Shown here: one piece after another, positions 1 to 10,430 of the stretch
Numbering within the stretch: position 1 is the first letter of the stretch
Layout of the letters: each line of letters starts with the position of its first letter
Translations under genes and position numbers: made by a program
Notes under the pieces: model-generated
Database searches by the model: none
What the model was told of the DNA's origin: nothing
The model's input: only the letters and a program-made list of their open reading frames with translations
Assembly (NCBI GenBank): GCA_964016885.1
Contig: CAXHJY010000995.1
Location: 1-64,000 of the forward strand
From: Eledone cirrhosa
Lineage: Eukaryota
Length of the DNA stretch: 64,000 bases
Direction: 5' to 3'

Positions 1-177
1 GCCTATTGGACGCCCCTTTCGCATAAGACTTTTTTTTTTTTTTTTATGTTTTACGTTATATTTTCACGTTTATCGGCATTTTTATGGACCACGTCCAATA
101 TTCGCGATTTATCACTCTTCGCGGGGGCTCTAGAAACGTAACCCCCCCCCCCCCACGAATACTGGGGGGGACAACTG
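1..177. mobile_element. Tigger/pogo-type (MER2-like) MITE, right part
   Basis: Ends cgaatactggggggacaactg. Shares gcctattggacgcccc...taagac and the terminus with copies at 11874 and 56285. Confidence 0.6.
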
Positions 178-197
178 TGTATACACACACGCATATA

Positions 198-236
<39 letters not shown>

Positions 237-650
237 CAGACATGCCTTAAATTCCTCATCCCGTTTACATTCGTAAGTCACACCTCCATTTTGCATACAT
301 TTACAATGTACCACACACGCACACGCACACACACAATTAGGGTTTTCTATGTGCTATTTACGTAGAAAATAGTTCGGTTTATACAGGTGTATATTTGGCG
401 ATCACTTCACCTGTATTGATTAAACGAATCAAATTGTTACCAGTGTGTCAGATGCTGTAATGAAAGCTAAAGCATCCCTATTAAATGGAGATATTTTCAA
501 CAAATATACCTTCCTTTATTCTGCTAAACACTACAGCTTAAGTTGTAAATATAGTCATATTTCACGCCATTAAAGTAACATTTATTATTGTTGTTATATC
601 TGGAGAAGGCGTGCGTCTTAGCTTGCTTAAATTACAATGTTATATATATA

Positions 651-745
651 GGTTAACTTGGCCTTTCATCCTTACGGGGTCGATAGAATAAAGTACTAGT
701 AATGCATTGGGTAATTGCCGGCCTTGTGCCAAAAGTAGAAACAAT

Positions 746-748
<3 letters not shown>
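651..748 (+). mobile_element. SINE family B, 3' fragment
   Basis: ggttaacttggcctttcatccttacggggtcgatagaataaagtac...agtagaaacaattat matches the full copy at 49536. Confidence 0.8.
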
Positions 749-777
<29 letters not shown>

Positions 778-1084
778 GTGTGTGTATATATATATGCGTG
801 TATATATGTGTATGTGTGTGTATATATAGGTGTGTGTTTATATGTATATGTGTGTATATGTATATATGTGTTTGTATATATGTGTGTGTGTGTATATATG
901 TGTATGTTTGTATATGTGTTTGTATATATGTTTGTATATATGTGTGTGTTTGTATATATATGCATGTATATGTGTGTGTATGTGTGTGTATATATATATA
1001 TATAGGTGTATGTGTGTGTGTATATGTATTGTATGTGTTTATATATATATATAGGTGTATGTATGTGTGTGTATATATATATAT

Positions 1085-1235
1085 ATAGTAATAATAATAA
1101 ATTTGAAGACTAAAATCCCAAGAGGCTCGATAAGGATAAATATATATCAAATATATAAGAACCGTAGAGCAAATATTTATTAAATAACAGATTAAACTTT
1201 GCTTAAACTTTAATCTGTTATTTTAATAAATAAAT
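1085..1235. mobile_element. Penelope-like tail + fold-back mini-element (family 1)
   Basis: Near-identical to the tail of 1871-2063. Short inverted repeat aataacagattaaa / tttaatctgttatt, flanked by (TA)n. Confidence 0.6.
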
Positions 1236-1823
1236 AAATATATATATATATATAGGTGTGTTGGTGAATTCGCTTAATGTTTATAGCGTTTAATCTTAGG
1301 TTTGGTTTAAAACGAAATCCCGATAGAAGAGCGATGGTGGTGAGGGAGGGGGGGGGGGGGGGCCCACCATCCATTCCAAATCGCCATAATTTACTGCGTT
1401 TCATAGCTAAACCGTCATTTTCCTCTTCTAGATGTCTCACGTTGGCTAGCAGGTGAAATATCGAGCTTTAGGTAAAATATATTGTGAAATATTAGCGAAC
1501 ACTTCGATTACCCCCCCCCCACCGTCTTAGCTGATGTCGATCTATATATTGGTCCTTCGGATATGCAATGAGATCAATAAAAATATTACACACACACACA
1601 CACACACACACTCACACACACAGGTTTTTTTTTTTCAAAAGGGTTTTGAGTTAGTTGACCCTCAAATCCTTTAATTATCCGTTCATCAATCTTTTGTTTC
1701 GTTCATGGCTTGGAACTGGCACACACACAGACATGTGATGTTTGGGTGGGCTATCGTTATTTATTTAGCTTAATGTGTATATAGTATAGTCTAATGTCTT
1801 GTTTGTGTGTCTTATAGGCATAC

Positions 1824-1860
<37 letters not shown>

Positions 1861-1870
1861 GTGTGTGTGT

Positions 1871-2063
1871 ATAGTAATAATAATAAATTTGAAGACTAAA
1901 ATCCAAAGAGGGCTCAATAAGGATAAATATATATCAAATATATAAGAACCGTAGAGCAAATATTTATTAAAATAACAGATTAAAGTTTAAGGTTAGTTTC
2001 AGAAGATCCCGTTAAGGGTGAAAGCAGCTATTCTTTGCTTAAACTTTAATCTGTTATTTTAAT
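1871..2063. mobile_element. Penelope-like tail + fold-back mini-element (family 1) carrying a hammerhead-like motif
   Basis: 26-bp inverted arms 1966-1991 / 2038-2063 around a hammerhead-like core, plus a ~95-nt unpaired tail. Microsatellite flanks. Confidence 0.65.
1995..2045 (+). ncRNA. Type I hammerhead-ribozyme-like motif (variant core)
   Basis: Stem I agttt/aaact; core CAGAAGA; stem II t-ccc-gttaa-ggg-t; GAAA; stem III gca/tgc; NUH triplet CTT. Departs from consensus at U4 and at the stem II closing pair. Confidence 0.55.
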
Positions 2064-2081
2064 ATATATATATATATATAT

Positions 2082-2104
2082 CATCATATGGATTTACATG
2101 TATT

Positions 2105-2139
<35 letters not shown>

Positions 2140-2157
2140 TATGGATTTACATATATT

Positions 2158-2192
<35 letters not shown>

Positions 2193-2349
2193 TATGGATT
2201 TACATATATTTGTATATATATATATATATATATATATCATATGGATTTACATATATTTGTATATATATATATATATATATATCATATGGATTTACATATA
2301 TTTGTATATATATATATATATATATATATCATATGGATTTACATATATT

Positions 2350-2384
<35 letters not shown>

Positions 2385-2487
2385 TATGGATTTACATATA
2401 TTTGTATATATATATATATATATATCATATGGATTTACATATATTTGTATATATATATATATATATATCATATGGATTTACATATAT

Positions 2488-2518
<31 letters not shown>

Positions 2519-2580
2519 ATATGGATTTACATATATTTGTATATATATATATATATATATCATATGGATTTACATATATT

Positions 2581-2619
<39 letters not shown>

Positions 2620-2637
2620 TATGGATTTACATATATT

Positions 2638-2682
<45 letters not shown>

Positions 2683-3026
2683 TATGGATTTACATATATT
2701 TGTATATATATATATATATATATCATATGGATTTACATATATTTGTATATATATATATCTATCTATCTAAGGCGGGTAAAATTCCCGAGATCCATGGACG
2801 AGTTCTCTCCAGCGGTCTCTGTCCCTCATTATCGCTGCCATATTCTGCATCTCCAACAGACCAGTGTCTGTCCTTAGGGCATCAACATATGTTAACCTTG
2901 GTCTTCCTCTTCTAGTGTGTCCATGTAGGGGCTCCCAAAGGAGCACTGAGTGCAATGTCAACTCTGGATGTCGGTGAGCATGTCCAGCCAACCTCAGTCT
3001 CCTCTGTGTCACTTTTGAGCTGACTT

Positions 3027-3057
<31 letters not shown>

Positions 3058-3124
3058 ATATGGATTTACATATATTTGTGTATATATATATATATATATA
3101 TATATCATATGGATTTACATGTAT

Positions 3125-3155
<31 letters not shown>

Positions 3156-3302
3156 ATATGGATTTACATATATTTGTATATATATACATATATATATCAT
3201 ATGGATTTACATATATTTGTATATATATACATATATATATCATATGGATTTACATATATTTGTATATATATATATATATATATCATATGGATTTACATAT
3301 AT

Positions 3303-3333
<31 letters not shown>

Positions 3334-3352
3334 ATATGGATTTACATATATT

Positions 3353-3391
<39 letters not shown>

Positions 3392-3409
3392 TATGGATTT
3401 ACATGTATT

Positions 3410-3451
<42 letters not shown>

Positions 3452-3513
3452 GGATTTACATATATTTGTATATATATATATATATATATATATCATTTGG
3501 ATTTACATATATT

Positions 3514-3553
<40 letters not shown>

Positions 3554-3572
3554 GGATTTACATGTATTTGTA
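2082..3572. repeat. Compound minisatellite CATATGGATTTACATATATTTG + variable (TA)n, split by an RTE fragment
   Basis: More than 25 units with a constant 22-bp core and variable TA tracts. Confidence 0.95.
2757..3026 (-). mobile_element. RTE-clade LINE 3' end (RT C-terminus + TAGA tail)
   Basis: [15 protein letters not shown]...[23 protein letters not shown]...MRDRDRWR. A second copy lies at 20062-20190. Confidence 0.85.
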
Positions 3573-3786
3573 TGCATTTGCATGTAAGGATGATCAAAAT
3601 ATATAAGTGAATGTGTGGGTATCTATCGATATATATGTATTTATCTATGGTATGTATATCGATATATGCATTGTGTGTGTGTCGTCATAATTGTACGTCC
3701 GTTGTTCAAAGATTGCATGGGTTGGACGAGACCTGAGGACAGCATCTCTCCATTTTTTTTTTTTCTGTTTTTTTTTCTGTTCTTAT

Positions 3787-4136
3787 GGAGGCACATGGCT
3801 TAGTGGTTAGAGAATTGGCCTTTCAATCGAGAGGTTGTGAGTTCAATTCTCAGACCGGGTGATGTGTTGTTTCCTTGAGCAAGACACTTTATTTCACATT
3901 GCTCCAGTTTACTCAGCTGTAGAAATGAGATGATAGGGACTGGGGTCTCTATCATTCCACTGCAAAGTGGTCGTGGAGGTGCCACGGCAAAAAAGCACCC
4001 AGCACTCACTGTAAATGAGGTTGGTGTTAGGAAGGGCATCCAGCTGTAGAAATCAAGCCAGAATCAGTTCCCGTCCCACCCTTGCAAGCAGGGAAAAAGC
4101 GGACGTAAAATGAAATGATGATGAATGATGATGATG
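3787..4136 (+). mobile_element. SINE family A: tRNA head, CORE-like middle, RTE-derived 3' tail ending (ATG)n
   Basis: A box TGGCTTAGTGG, B box GTTCAATTC, ccttgagcaagacactt middle, and a tail shared with the RTE 3'UTR (gtgttaggaagggcatccagc...ggacgtaaaatgatgat). Six near-full copies in the window. Confidence 0.9.
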
Positions 4137-4525
4137 TCATCACCTCTGTGAGCATTAGAGATCTGAGATCAACCATCACCACTTCTACCCAAACTCTACA
4201 ACTGCCCCCTTCCGCTGAGATTATTTGGCACTCCTTCACCCAGCGATCATCATCCATGTACATCTATCAAAACTCATTTCTCTCCAGCCTTTGCATGCCC
4301 TCTACATTTACTGCCCATGTCTCACTACCATGTAACATGGCACTTTGCACACGGGTGTCTTACAGCTGATCTTTGTTGGGTGAAACCTTTTGTTGTTAGC
4401 AGGGGTAGCAGTTCCTTAAACTGCTTCCACTCTGTCCTTATTCTAGCTACTATGCTCTTGGAGCACCCTCATCCACTTCTAATTAGGTCACTTAACAGAA
4501 GCTATCTACCACTTCTATAGATCCT
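4137..4525 (-). mobile_element. Degraded RTE RT fragment
   Basis: Resembles 19352-19927 (gagcaccctc, catgtaacat motifs). ORF 4027-4263 gives RWVKECQII...VVMVDLRSLML. Confidence 0.6.
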
Positions 4526-5101
4526 TCCTGTGTCTGTGTCATGGGAAAGCGGATGTAAAAAGGATATGTATGTATGCATGGGTGTGTGTATATGTATGCA
4601 TGGGGTGTGTGTGTGTGTATATATATATATATATGTGTATATATGTATGCATGGGGTGTATATGTATGCATGGTGTGTGTGTGTGTGTGTATATATATAT
4701 GTATGCATAGGTTGTGTGTGTGTGTATATATATATGTGTGTATATATATATATATATGTGTGTATATATATGTGTGTGTGTGTGTATATATATATGTGTG
4801 TGTGTGTATATATATATGTGTGTGTGTGTATATATATGTGTGTGTGTATATATATGTGTGTGTGTATATATATATATGTGTATATATATGTGTGTGTGTA
4901 TATATATATATGTGTGTATATATATATATGTGTGTATATATATATATGTGTGTATATATATATATGTGTGTGTAAATATGTGTGTGTGTATATATATATA
5001 TGTGTGTGTGTGTGTATATATATATGTGTGTGTGTGTGTATATATATATGTGTGTGTGTGTATATATATATGTGTGTGTGTGTATATATGTGTGTGTGTG
5101 T

Positions 5102-5136
<35 letters not shown>

Positions 5137-5342
5137 GGGCATCCAACCATAAAAACCTTGCCATACAAAGGATTAGGAGGGCCCTTGAGTTGTCAAAGAC
5201 ATGACAACCTCTCCTGTGAACTCAGTGGAATGTGAAACCATACACAAGTGAGACACAGATGCCTGGCTTGTCAGGGAGATCAGTGGCTCCACTTCACTAC
5301 CGACTTGGTCTATGTAGACCCATCCAACCCTTGCTATATATA

Positions 5343-5600
5343 GTTTGTTTTTTGCAGTCACCTTGGATCTCATGGATGGTGCACAAGAATAGGATATTCT
5401 CACCGAATGTCATTGAAGATTTTACTAGTGGGGTGAAGTGCTTATCAATAAGTTTTAAGAATTGTTTACCTACATTAGTCTTTCAATCAACATTCGGTGA
5501 GAAAATCCTATTCTTGTGCACCATCCACAAGATCCAAGACTGCCAAAACAAACCAGATGTGAATCCGGGGTGCTCTTGCAGGAAGAAAGACTGTCCAGTA

Positions 5601-5606
<6 letters not shown>
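5343..5606. mobile_element. Penelope-like element coding fragment with internal inversion (RT thumb to zinc motif)
   Basis: Minus strand 5480->5343 reads TNVGKQFLKLIDKHF...KIFN.HSVRISYSCAPSMRSKVTAKNK (with frameshifts). Plus strand 5478->5606 repeats that segment and continues to GCSCRKKDCPVQN, like the CxCR...CP motif that precedes the GIY-YIG domain in some PLE clades. Confidence 0.8.
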
Positions 5607-5664
<58 letters not shown>

Positions 5665-5673
<9 letters not shown>

Positions 5674-5955
5674 TAAAAAAATAATGAATAAAACAATGAA
5701 ACAGTTCCTTATATTAAACAAAAAAAGTTCATTATTTAACGATCGTTAAATAATGAACTTTTTTTGTTTAATATAAGGAACTGTTTCATTGTTTTATTCA
5801 TTATTTTTTTAATATTTTATCTTGACTCTGTATTCCGTTTATCTTTCACCGAAAGTGTTTTTCCATTGCATCTCTTCTTTCCATGATATCCGGATTACAT
5901 TGAGTTCTTCATACGGATTGGACACTACCGTAAACTCTTGGTAGATTTATCTACA
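5665..5955. mobile_element. Perfect 156-bp palindrome (5665-5820) + ~135-nt tail, between (TA)n tracts
   Basis: Arms checked by eye around the centre aacgatcgtt, with no spacer. The tail contains cattgagt. Confidence 0.7.
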
Positions 5956-6059
5956 TATATATATATATATATATATTTATTTTTATTATTATTATTATTA
6001 TTACTATATATATAAATATATGAATTATAAGAATCAAAGAACTGTTCAAAACATTTTTA

Positions 6060-6106
6060 TGCTTACAACTGTTTCCTCCAAACCGAGGTTTGGATTCTTC
6101 GGAGCA
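6060..6106 (-). ncRNA. Degenerate minimal hammerhead-like motif (PLE type)
   Basis: Minus strand: tgct CCGAAGA a-tccaaacc-tc-ggtttgga-g GAAA cagttg TA agca. Stem I tgct/agca, near-palindromic stem III. Confidence 0.5.
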
Positions 6107-6233
6107 ATTTATTATTGAATGAACACTTATATGACCTCCTTTTCACCCAAGAGACATACAGATACATGTTTATAAAAATATATATAACTACAAAAGGTTT
6201 TTGTATTTGCATAACCATAAATAGTATACTTAA

Positions 6234-6269
<36 letters not shown>

Positions 6270-6273
<4 letters not shown>

Positions 6274-6484
6274 GTAGTACACTGGAAGGTAATATCCGTA
6301 GTGGTAGAGCACTCAGTCCATGGGATGAGTTTGGTAGAAGTGGTAACACAACAGTTAAATCACCATTCCGAGAGCAATTGTTTCACCTTAGCGGATCCTC
6401 AGCTCGTAATTTATTTTTGAGGATTCGCTAAGGTGAAACAATTGCTCTCGGTATGGTGATCTAACTGTTGTGTAACCACTTCTA
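6270..6484. mobile_element. Penelope-like tail + fold-back mini-element (family 2)
   Basis: 67-bp inverted arms 6335-6401 / 6418-6484 with a few mismatches, ~65-nt tail, (TA)n on both sides. Confidence 0.7.
6365..6410 (-). ncRNA. Minimal type I hammerhead-like motif with palindromic stem III
   Basis: Minus strand: attacgag CTGAGGA tccgctaaggt GAAA CAATTG CT ctcggaat. Stem I pairs 7/8 and CUGANGA/GAAA are intact, but the triplet is GCU rather than NUH. Confidence 0.55.
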
Positions 6485-6759
6485 TATATATAATATATAT
6501 ATATATATAGGTCGATGGGCAAGATCCCAGGCCTCGTCAAATTGGATCGAGGAAACATTTCTATTAGACTTTCTAATTGCTAACACTATCTACCAGTTGC
6601 AAATTCTGGCAGAAGGAGCAACGTGAATTAAAGTGTCTTGTTCAAAGACTGTCATTGCCAAACACTATATATATATGTATTTAATCCAGGGTCATTTCAC
6701 TCCTATTGGAGGAATCCCTCCTTCCCTGATTGACCTCCACCGTTTTCTGTTTTTGGTTT

Positions 6760-8217
6760 TGGTCATGTCGGGTGTAGCTGTACTGACCACACCTGGCCTG
6801 TGGTCATGTCAGGGGTGTAGCTGTACTGACCACACCTGGCCTGTGGTCATGTCAGGGGTGTAGCTGTACTGACCACACTTGGCCTGTGGTCATGTCAGGG
6901 GTGTAGCTGTACTGACCACACTTGGCCTGTGGTCATGTCAGGGGTGTAGCTGTACTGACCACACCTGGCCTGTGGTCATGTCAGGGGTGTAGCTGTACTG
7001 ACCACACCTGGCCTGTGGTCATGTCAGGGGTGTAGCTGTACTGACCACACCTGGCCTGTGGTCATGTCAGGGGTGTAGCTGTACTGACCACACCTGGCCT
7101 GTGGTCATGTCAGGGGTGTAGCTGTACTGACCACACCTGGCCTGTGGTCATGTCAGGGGTGTAGCTGTACTGACCACACCTGGCCTGTGGTCATGTCAGG
7201 GGTGTAGCTGTACTGACCACACCTGGCCTGTGGTCATGTCAGGGGTGTAGCTGTACTGACCACACCTGGCCTGTGGTCATGTCAGGGGTGTAGCTGTACT
7301 GACCACACCTGGCCTGTGGTCATGTCAGGGGTGTAGCTGTACTGACCACACCTGGCCTGTGGTCATGTCAGGGGTGTAGCTGTACTGACCACACCTGGCC
7401 TGTGGTCATGTCAGGGGTGTAGCTGTACTGACCACACCTGGCCTGTGGTCATGTCAGGGGTGTAGCTGTACTGACCACACCTGGCCTGTGGTCATGTCAG
7501 GGGTGTAGCTGTACTGACCACACTTGGCCTGTGGTCATGTCAGGGGTGTAGCTGTACTGACCACACTTGGCCTGTGGTTATGTCAGGGGTGTAGCTGTAC
7601 TGACCACACTTGGCCTGTGGTCATGTCAGGGGTGTAGCTGTACTGACCACACTTGGCCTGTGGTCATGTCAGGGGTGTAGCTGTACTGACCACACTTGGC
7701 CTGTGGTCATGTCAGGGGTGTAGCTGTACTGACCACACCTGGCCTGTGGTCATGTCAGGGGTGTAGCTGTACTGACCACACTTGGCCTGTGGTCATGTCA
7801 GGGGTGTAGCTGTACTGACCACACTTGGCCTGTGGTCATGTCAGGGGTGTAGCTGTACTGACCACACCTGGCCTGTGGTCATGTCAGGGGTGTAGCTGTA
7901 CTGACCACACCTGGCCTGTGGTCATGTCAGGGGTGTAGCTGTACTGACCACACCTGGCCTGTGGTCATGTCAGGGGTGTAGCTGTACTGACCACACTTGG
8001 CCTGTGGTCATGTCAGGGGTGTAGCTGTACTGACCACACTTGGCCTGTGGTCATGTCAGGGGTGTAGCTGTACTGACCACACTTGGCCTGTGGTCATGTC
8101 AGGGGTGTAGCTGTACTGACCACACTTGGCCTGTGGTCATGTCAGGGGTGTAGCTGTACTGACCACACTTGGCCTGTGGTCATGTCAGGGGTGTAGCTGT
8201 ACTGACCACACTTGGCC
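6760..8217. repeat. 43-bp minisatellite, ~34 copies
   Basis: Unit ggtcatgtcaggggtgtagctgtactgaccacac(c/t)tggcctgt. Confidence 0.97.
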
Positions 8218-8406
8218 AATTGCAGGTTGGTGAGGCTATTTAACTATAGCTGGATAAACTCATTTCTACAGTTTCTGAGTGAACTGAAGCAACGTGAACT
8301 AAAGTGTCTTGCTCAAGAACACAACACAGGGCCTGGTCTGAGAATTAAACTCATAACCTCAGGATTGTAAGCCTGATGCTCTAACCACATTCTTGTGCCT
8401 TCACAC

Positions 8407-8445
<39 letters not shown>

Positions 8446-8906
8446 ATACATACTTTGTCTGTTGGTGTTTTGTTTCCAATTTAATTCAGCTAAACATTTA
8501 AAGTTAATTGACTTCATTCATAGTTTAACTTCCTTTATAACTCGGCATAACTACAACCACACACACATACACACAGCTATATTAACTTACATATGTACAG
8601 ACATATACACAATAATGATGTACATAAACTTAAATGTATTTATTTACATACACACACATACGTATAATTAATCATCATCGTATATACATCCATAGTTCCA
8701 CACTTGGACTGGACAGATCCTTCTTAGCATGGCATCTCTTATCACTTTCCTTTGACAACTCCTGCATGAGTCTCGGTGATTTGGGATCAGCTCTCACTAC
8801 CTCCACCTAGGTCTTTCTTGGTTTACCTCTACTGTAGCTTCTTGGAATTACCTGGCACTTTTTCACCCAGTGATCCTCATCCATGCACATCATTTAGAAT
8901 TCCTCT

Positions 8907-9131
8907 TAACCCTTTAGCATTTAAACCAGCCATATCCGGCCAGAATCCTCTCACCTCTTTCTATTCAAACCGGCCATAACTGGCCGCTTATACTAATGTT
9001 AAGGTATTGTTCTCAAAATAAATGATATCCTCATCAAAATCTCATAGATTCGATATTATATGAGATAATTATGTGAGATAAAGCTTTTACTGGAAAAATA
9101 CAATAGAGTTATGTAAATGTTAAAAGTTTGA
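8907..9131. mobile_element. piggyBac-type MITE (TTAA|CCCTTTAGCATTT TIR)
   Basis: Starts ttaaccctttagcattt; right TIR degenerate. Related copies at 22197, 30496, 32545, 33011 and 52371. Confidence 0.7.
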
Positions 9132-9167
9132 ACATAATTTCTCCTTCAGTTCATCCAATTAATCTGA

Positions 9168-9365
9168 TAGAAATGCCTACCACAGGGCCAGAACTGTTTC
9201 ACTCACTTGAAATCATTAGGAATATATATATATTAGTCGGAGCCTGTCGAAATGGCAAGAACCCAGCTGTCGGGGTGCAACTCTTTCTAATATAGTCACT
9301 TTACCATCCCCAGTATTGAGTACTCTCCTGAATGGTCTTGCTAGTTTAAAACTGGTTAAATCCTG

Positions 9366-9366
<1 letters not shown>
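9168..9366. mobile_element. Two adjacent Penelope-like mini-element remnants (hammerhead-like piece + tail piece)
   Basis: 9168-9222 matches the 10280 arm (minus: CTAATGA t-ttc-aagt-gag-t GAAA cagttc). 9233-9366 carries gtcgaaatggcaagaacccagc and gtattgagtac, like families at 13598 and 15604. Confidence 0.5.
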
Positions 9367-9396
<30 letters not shown>

Positions 9397-9463
9397 CGTA
9401 AACACAACCCTTGACCAATATTGTGAGTTGTCTGTCTGTATAGTCCTTATTGTTGATCTAAAG

Positions 9464-10146
9464 CAGTGGTTACCAACCTTTTGCGCCTCATGTCCCACCT
9501 CAACATCTAAAAATTTATGTCCACCTTTGACATGAAAACAGCAATATTCTATTGCTGTGTCAACAAGTGTAAACAAATTGGTGTATAGGTGGTGCCAGAT
9601 ACATATGTGGAGGAGGTGAGACAGGAGTTTCTGACAGTAATGTGTACCATATAGGTGGTGCCAGATACACAATAACATGTGGAGGAGGTGAGACAGGAGT
9701 TTCTGACAGTAATGTGTACCATATAGGTGGTGCCAGATACACAATAACACGTGGAGGAGGTGAGACAGGAGTTTCTGACAGTAATATGTACCATATAGGT
9801 GGTGCCAGATACACAATAACATGTGGAGGAGGTGAGACAGGAGTTTCTGACAGTAATGTCTGCCATATAGGTGGTGCCAGATACACAATAACATGTGGAG
9901 GAGGTGAGACAGGAGTTTCTGACAGTAATGTGTACCATATAGGTGGTGCCAGATACACAATAACATGTGGTGGAGGTGAGACAGGAGTTTCTGACAGTAA
10001 TGTGTACCAAAGTTACCTTTGTGTAAAAGTAATAAAGTAAAACCTGAGGTTTGTTGTCATTAACAAATGTTGTCATTAACAAATGGCCCCCTTAAATATT
10101 CAAATTGTTCCCCTAAGGGGTGTGCGCCCCACATTGGGAATCACTG
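9464..10146. mobile_element. Non-autonomous hAT (Charlie-like) element carrying a 72-bp minisatellite
   Basis: TIRs CAGTGGTTACCAA / TTGGGAATCACTG; 8-bp TSD atctaaag / atctaaaa. Confidence 0.8.
9585..10008. repeat. 72-bp minisatellite, ~6 copies
   Basis: Unit ataggtggtgccagatacacaataacatgtggaggaggtgagacaggagtttctgacagtaatgtgtaccat. Confidence 0.95.
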
Positions 10147-10279
10147 ATCTAAAACCTCACTATGAACACAAACACTGGGAACTTGACTAATCAGCTCCTC
10201 ATGTCCTGAAATTGATATAACTATATCTACCATGTGATATATAGGTATATCTACCATGTGATATATATGTATATCTACC

Positions 10280-10430
10280 ATAGAAATGGCTTCTACAGGA
10301 CTAGAACTGTTTCATTCATAAGCAATCATTAGGAAATGAAACAGATCTAGTCCTGTAGAAGCCATTTCTATATTAAATTTTGTATATGCTCTACTAATGT
10401 ATTGAGTATTTCACTTGCTGTGGTTACCTC
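10280..10430. mobile_element. Penelope-like tail + fold-back mini-element (family 3)
   Basis: 37-bp arms 10280-10316 / 10335-10371; tail gctctactaatgtattgagtat...ctgtggttacc. A related copy lies at 57605. Confidence 0.65.

Noticed and set aside
1432-1471. Possible small exon (ttcctcttctag|ATGTCTC...TTTAG|gtaaaa)
   Set aside because: Splice-like signals only; no SERCA peptide, and cannot be supported without transcripts.
2082-3572. CRISPR-like constant repeat with variable spacers
   Set aside because: Spacers are only (TA)n of variable length, the context is eukaryotic, and there are no cas genes.
3787-3860. tRNA gene
   Set aside because: A and B boxes belong to a SINE head that continues into a shared body in six copies; no complete cloverleaf was established.
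9346-10082. Repetitive ORFs resembling Cys/His-rich or Pro-rich proteins
   Set aside because: Produced by a 72-bp minisatellite inside a hAT MITE; open on both strands, with no splice or domain support.
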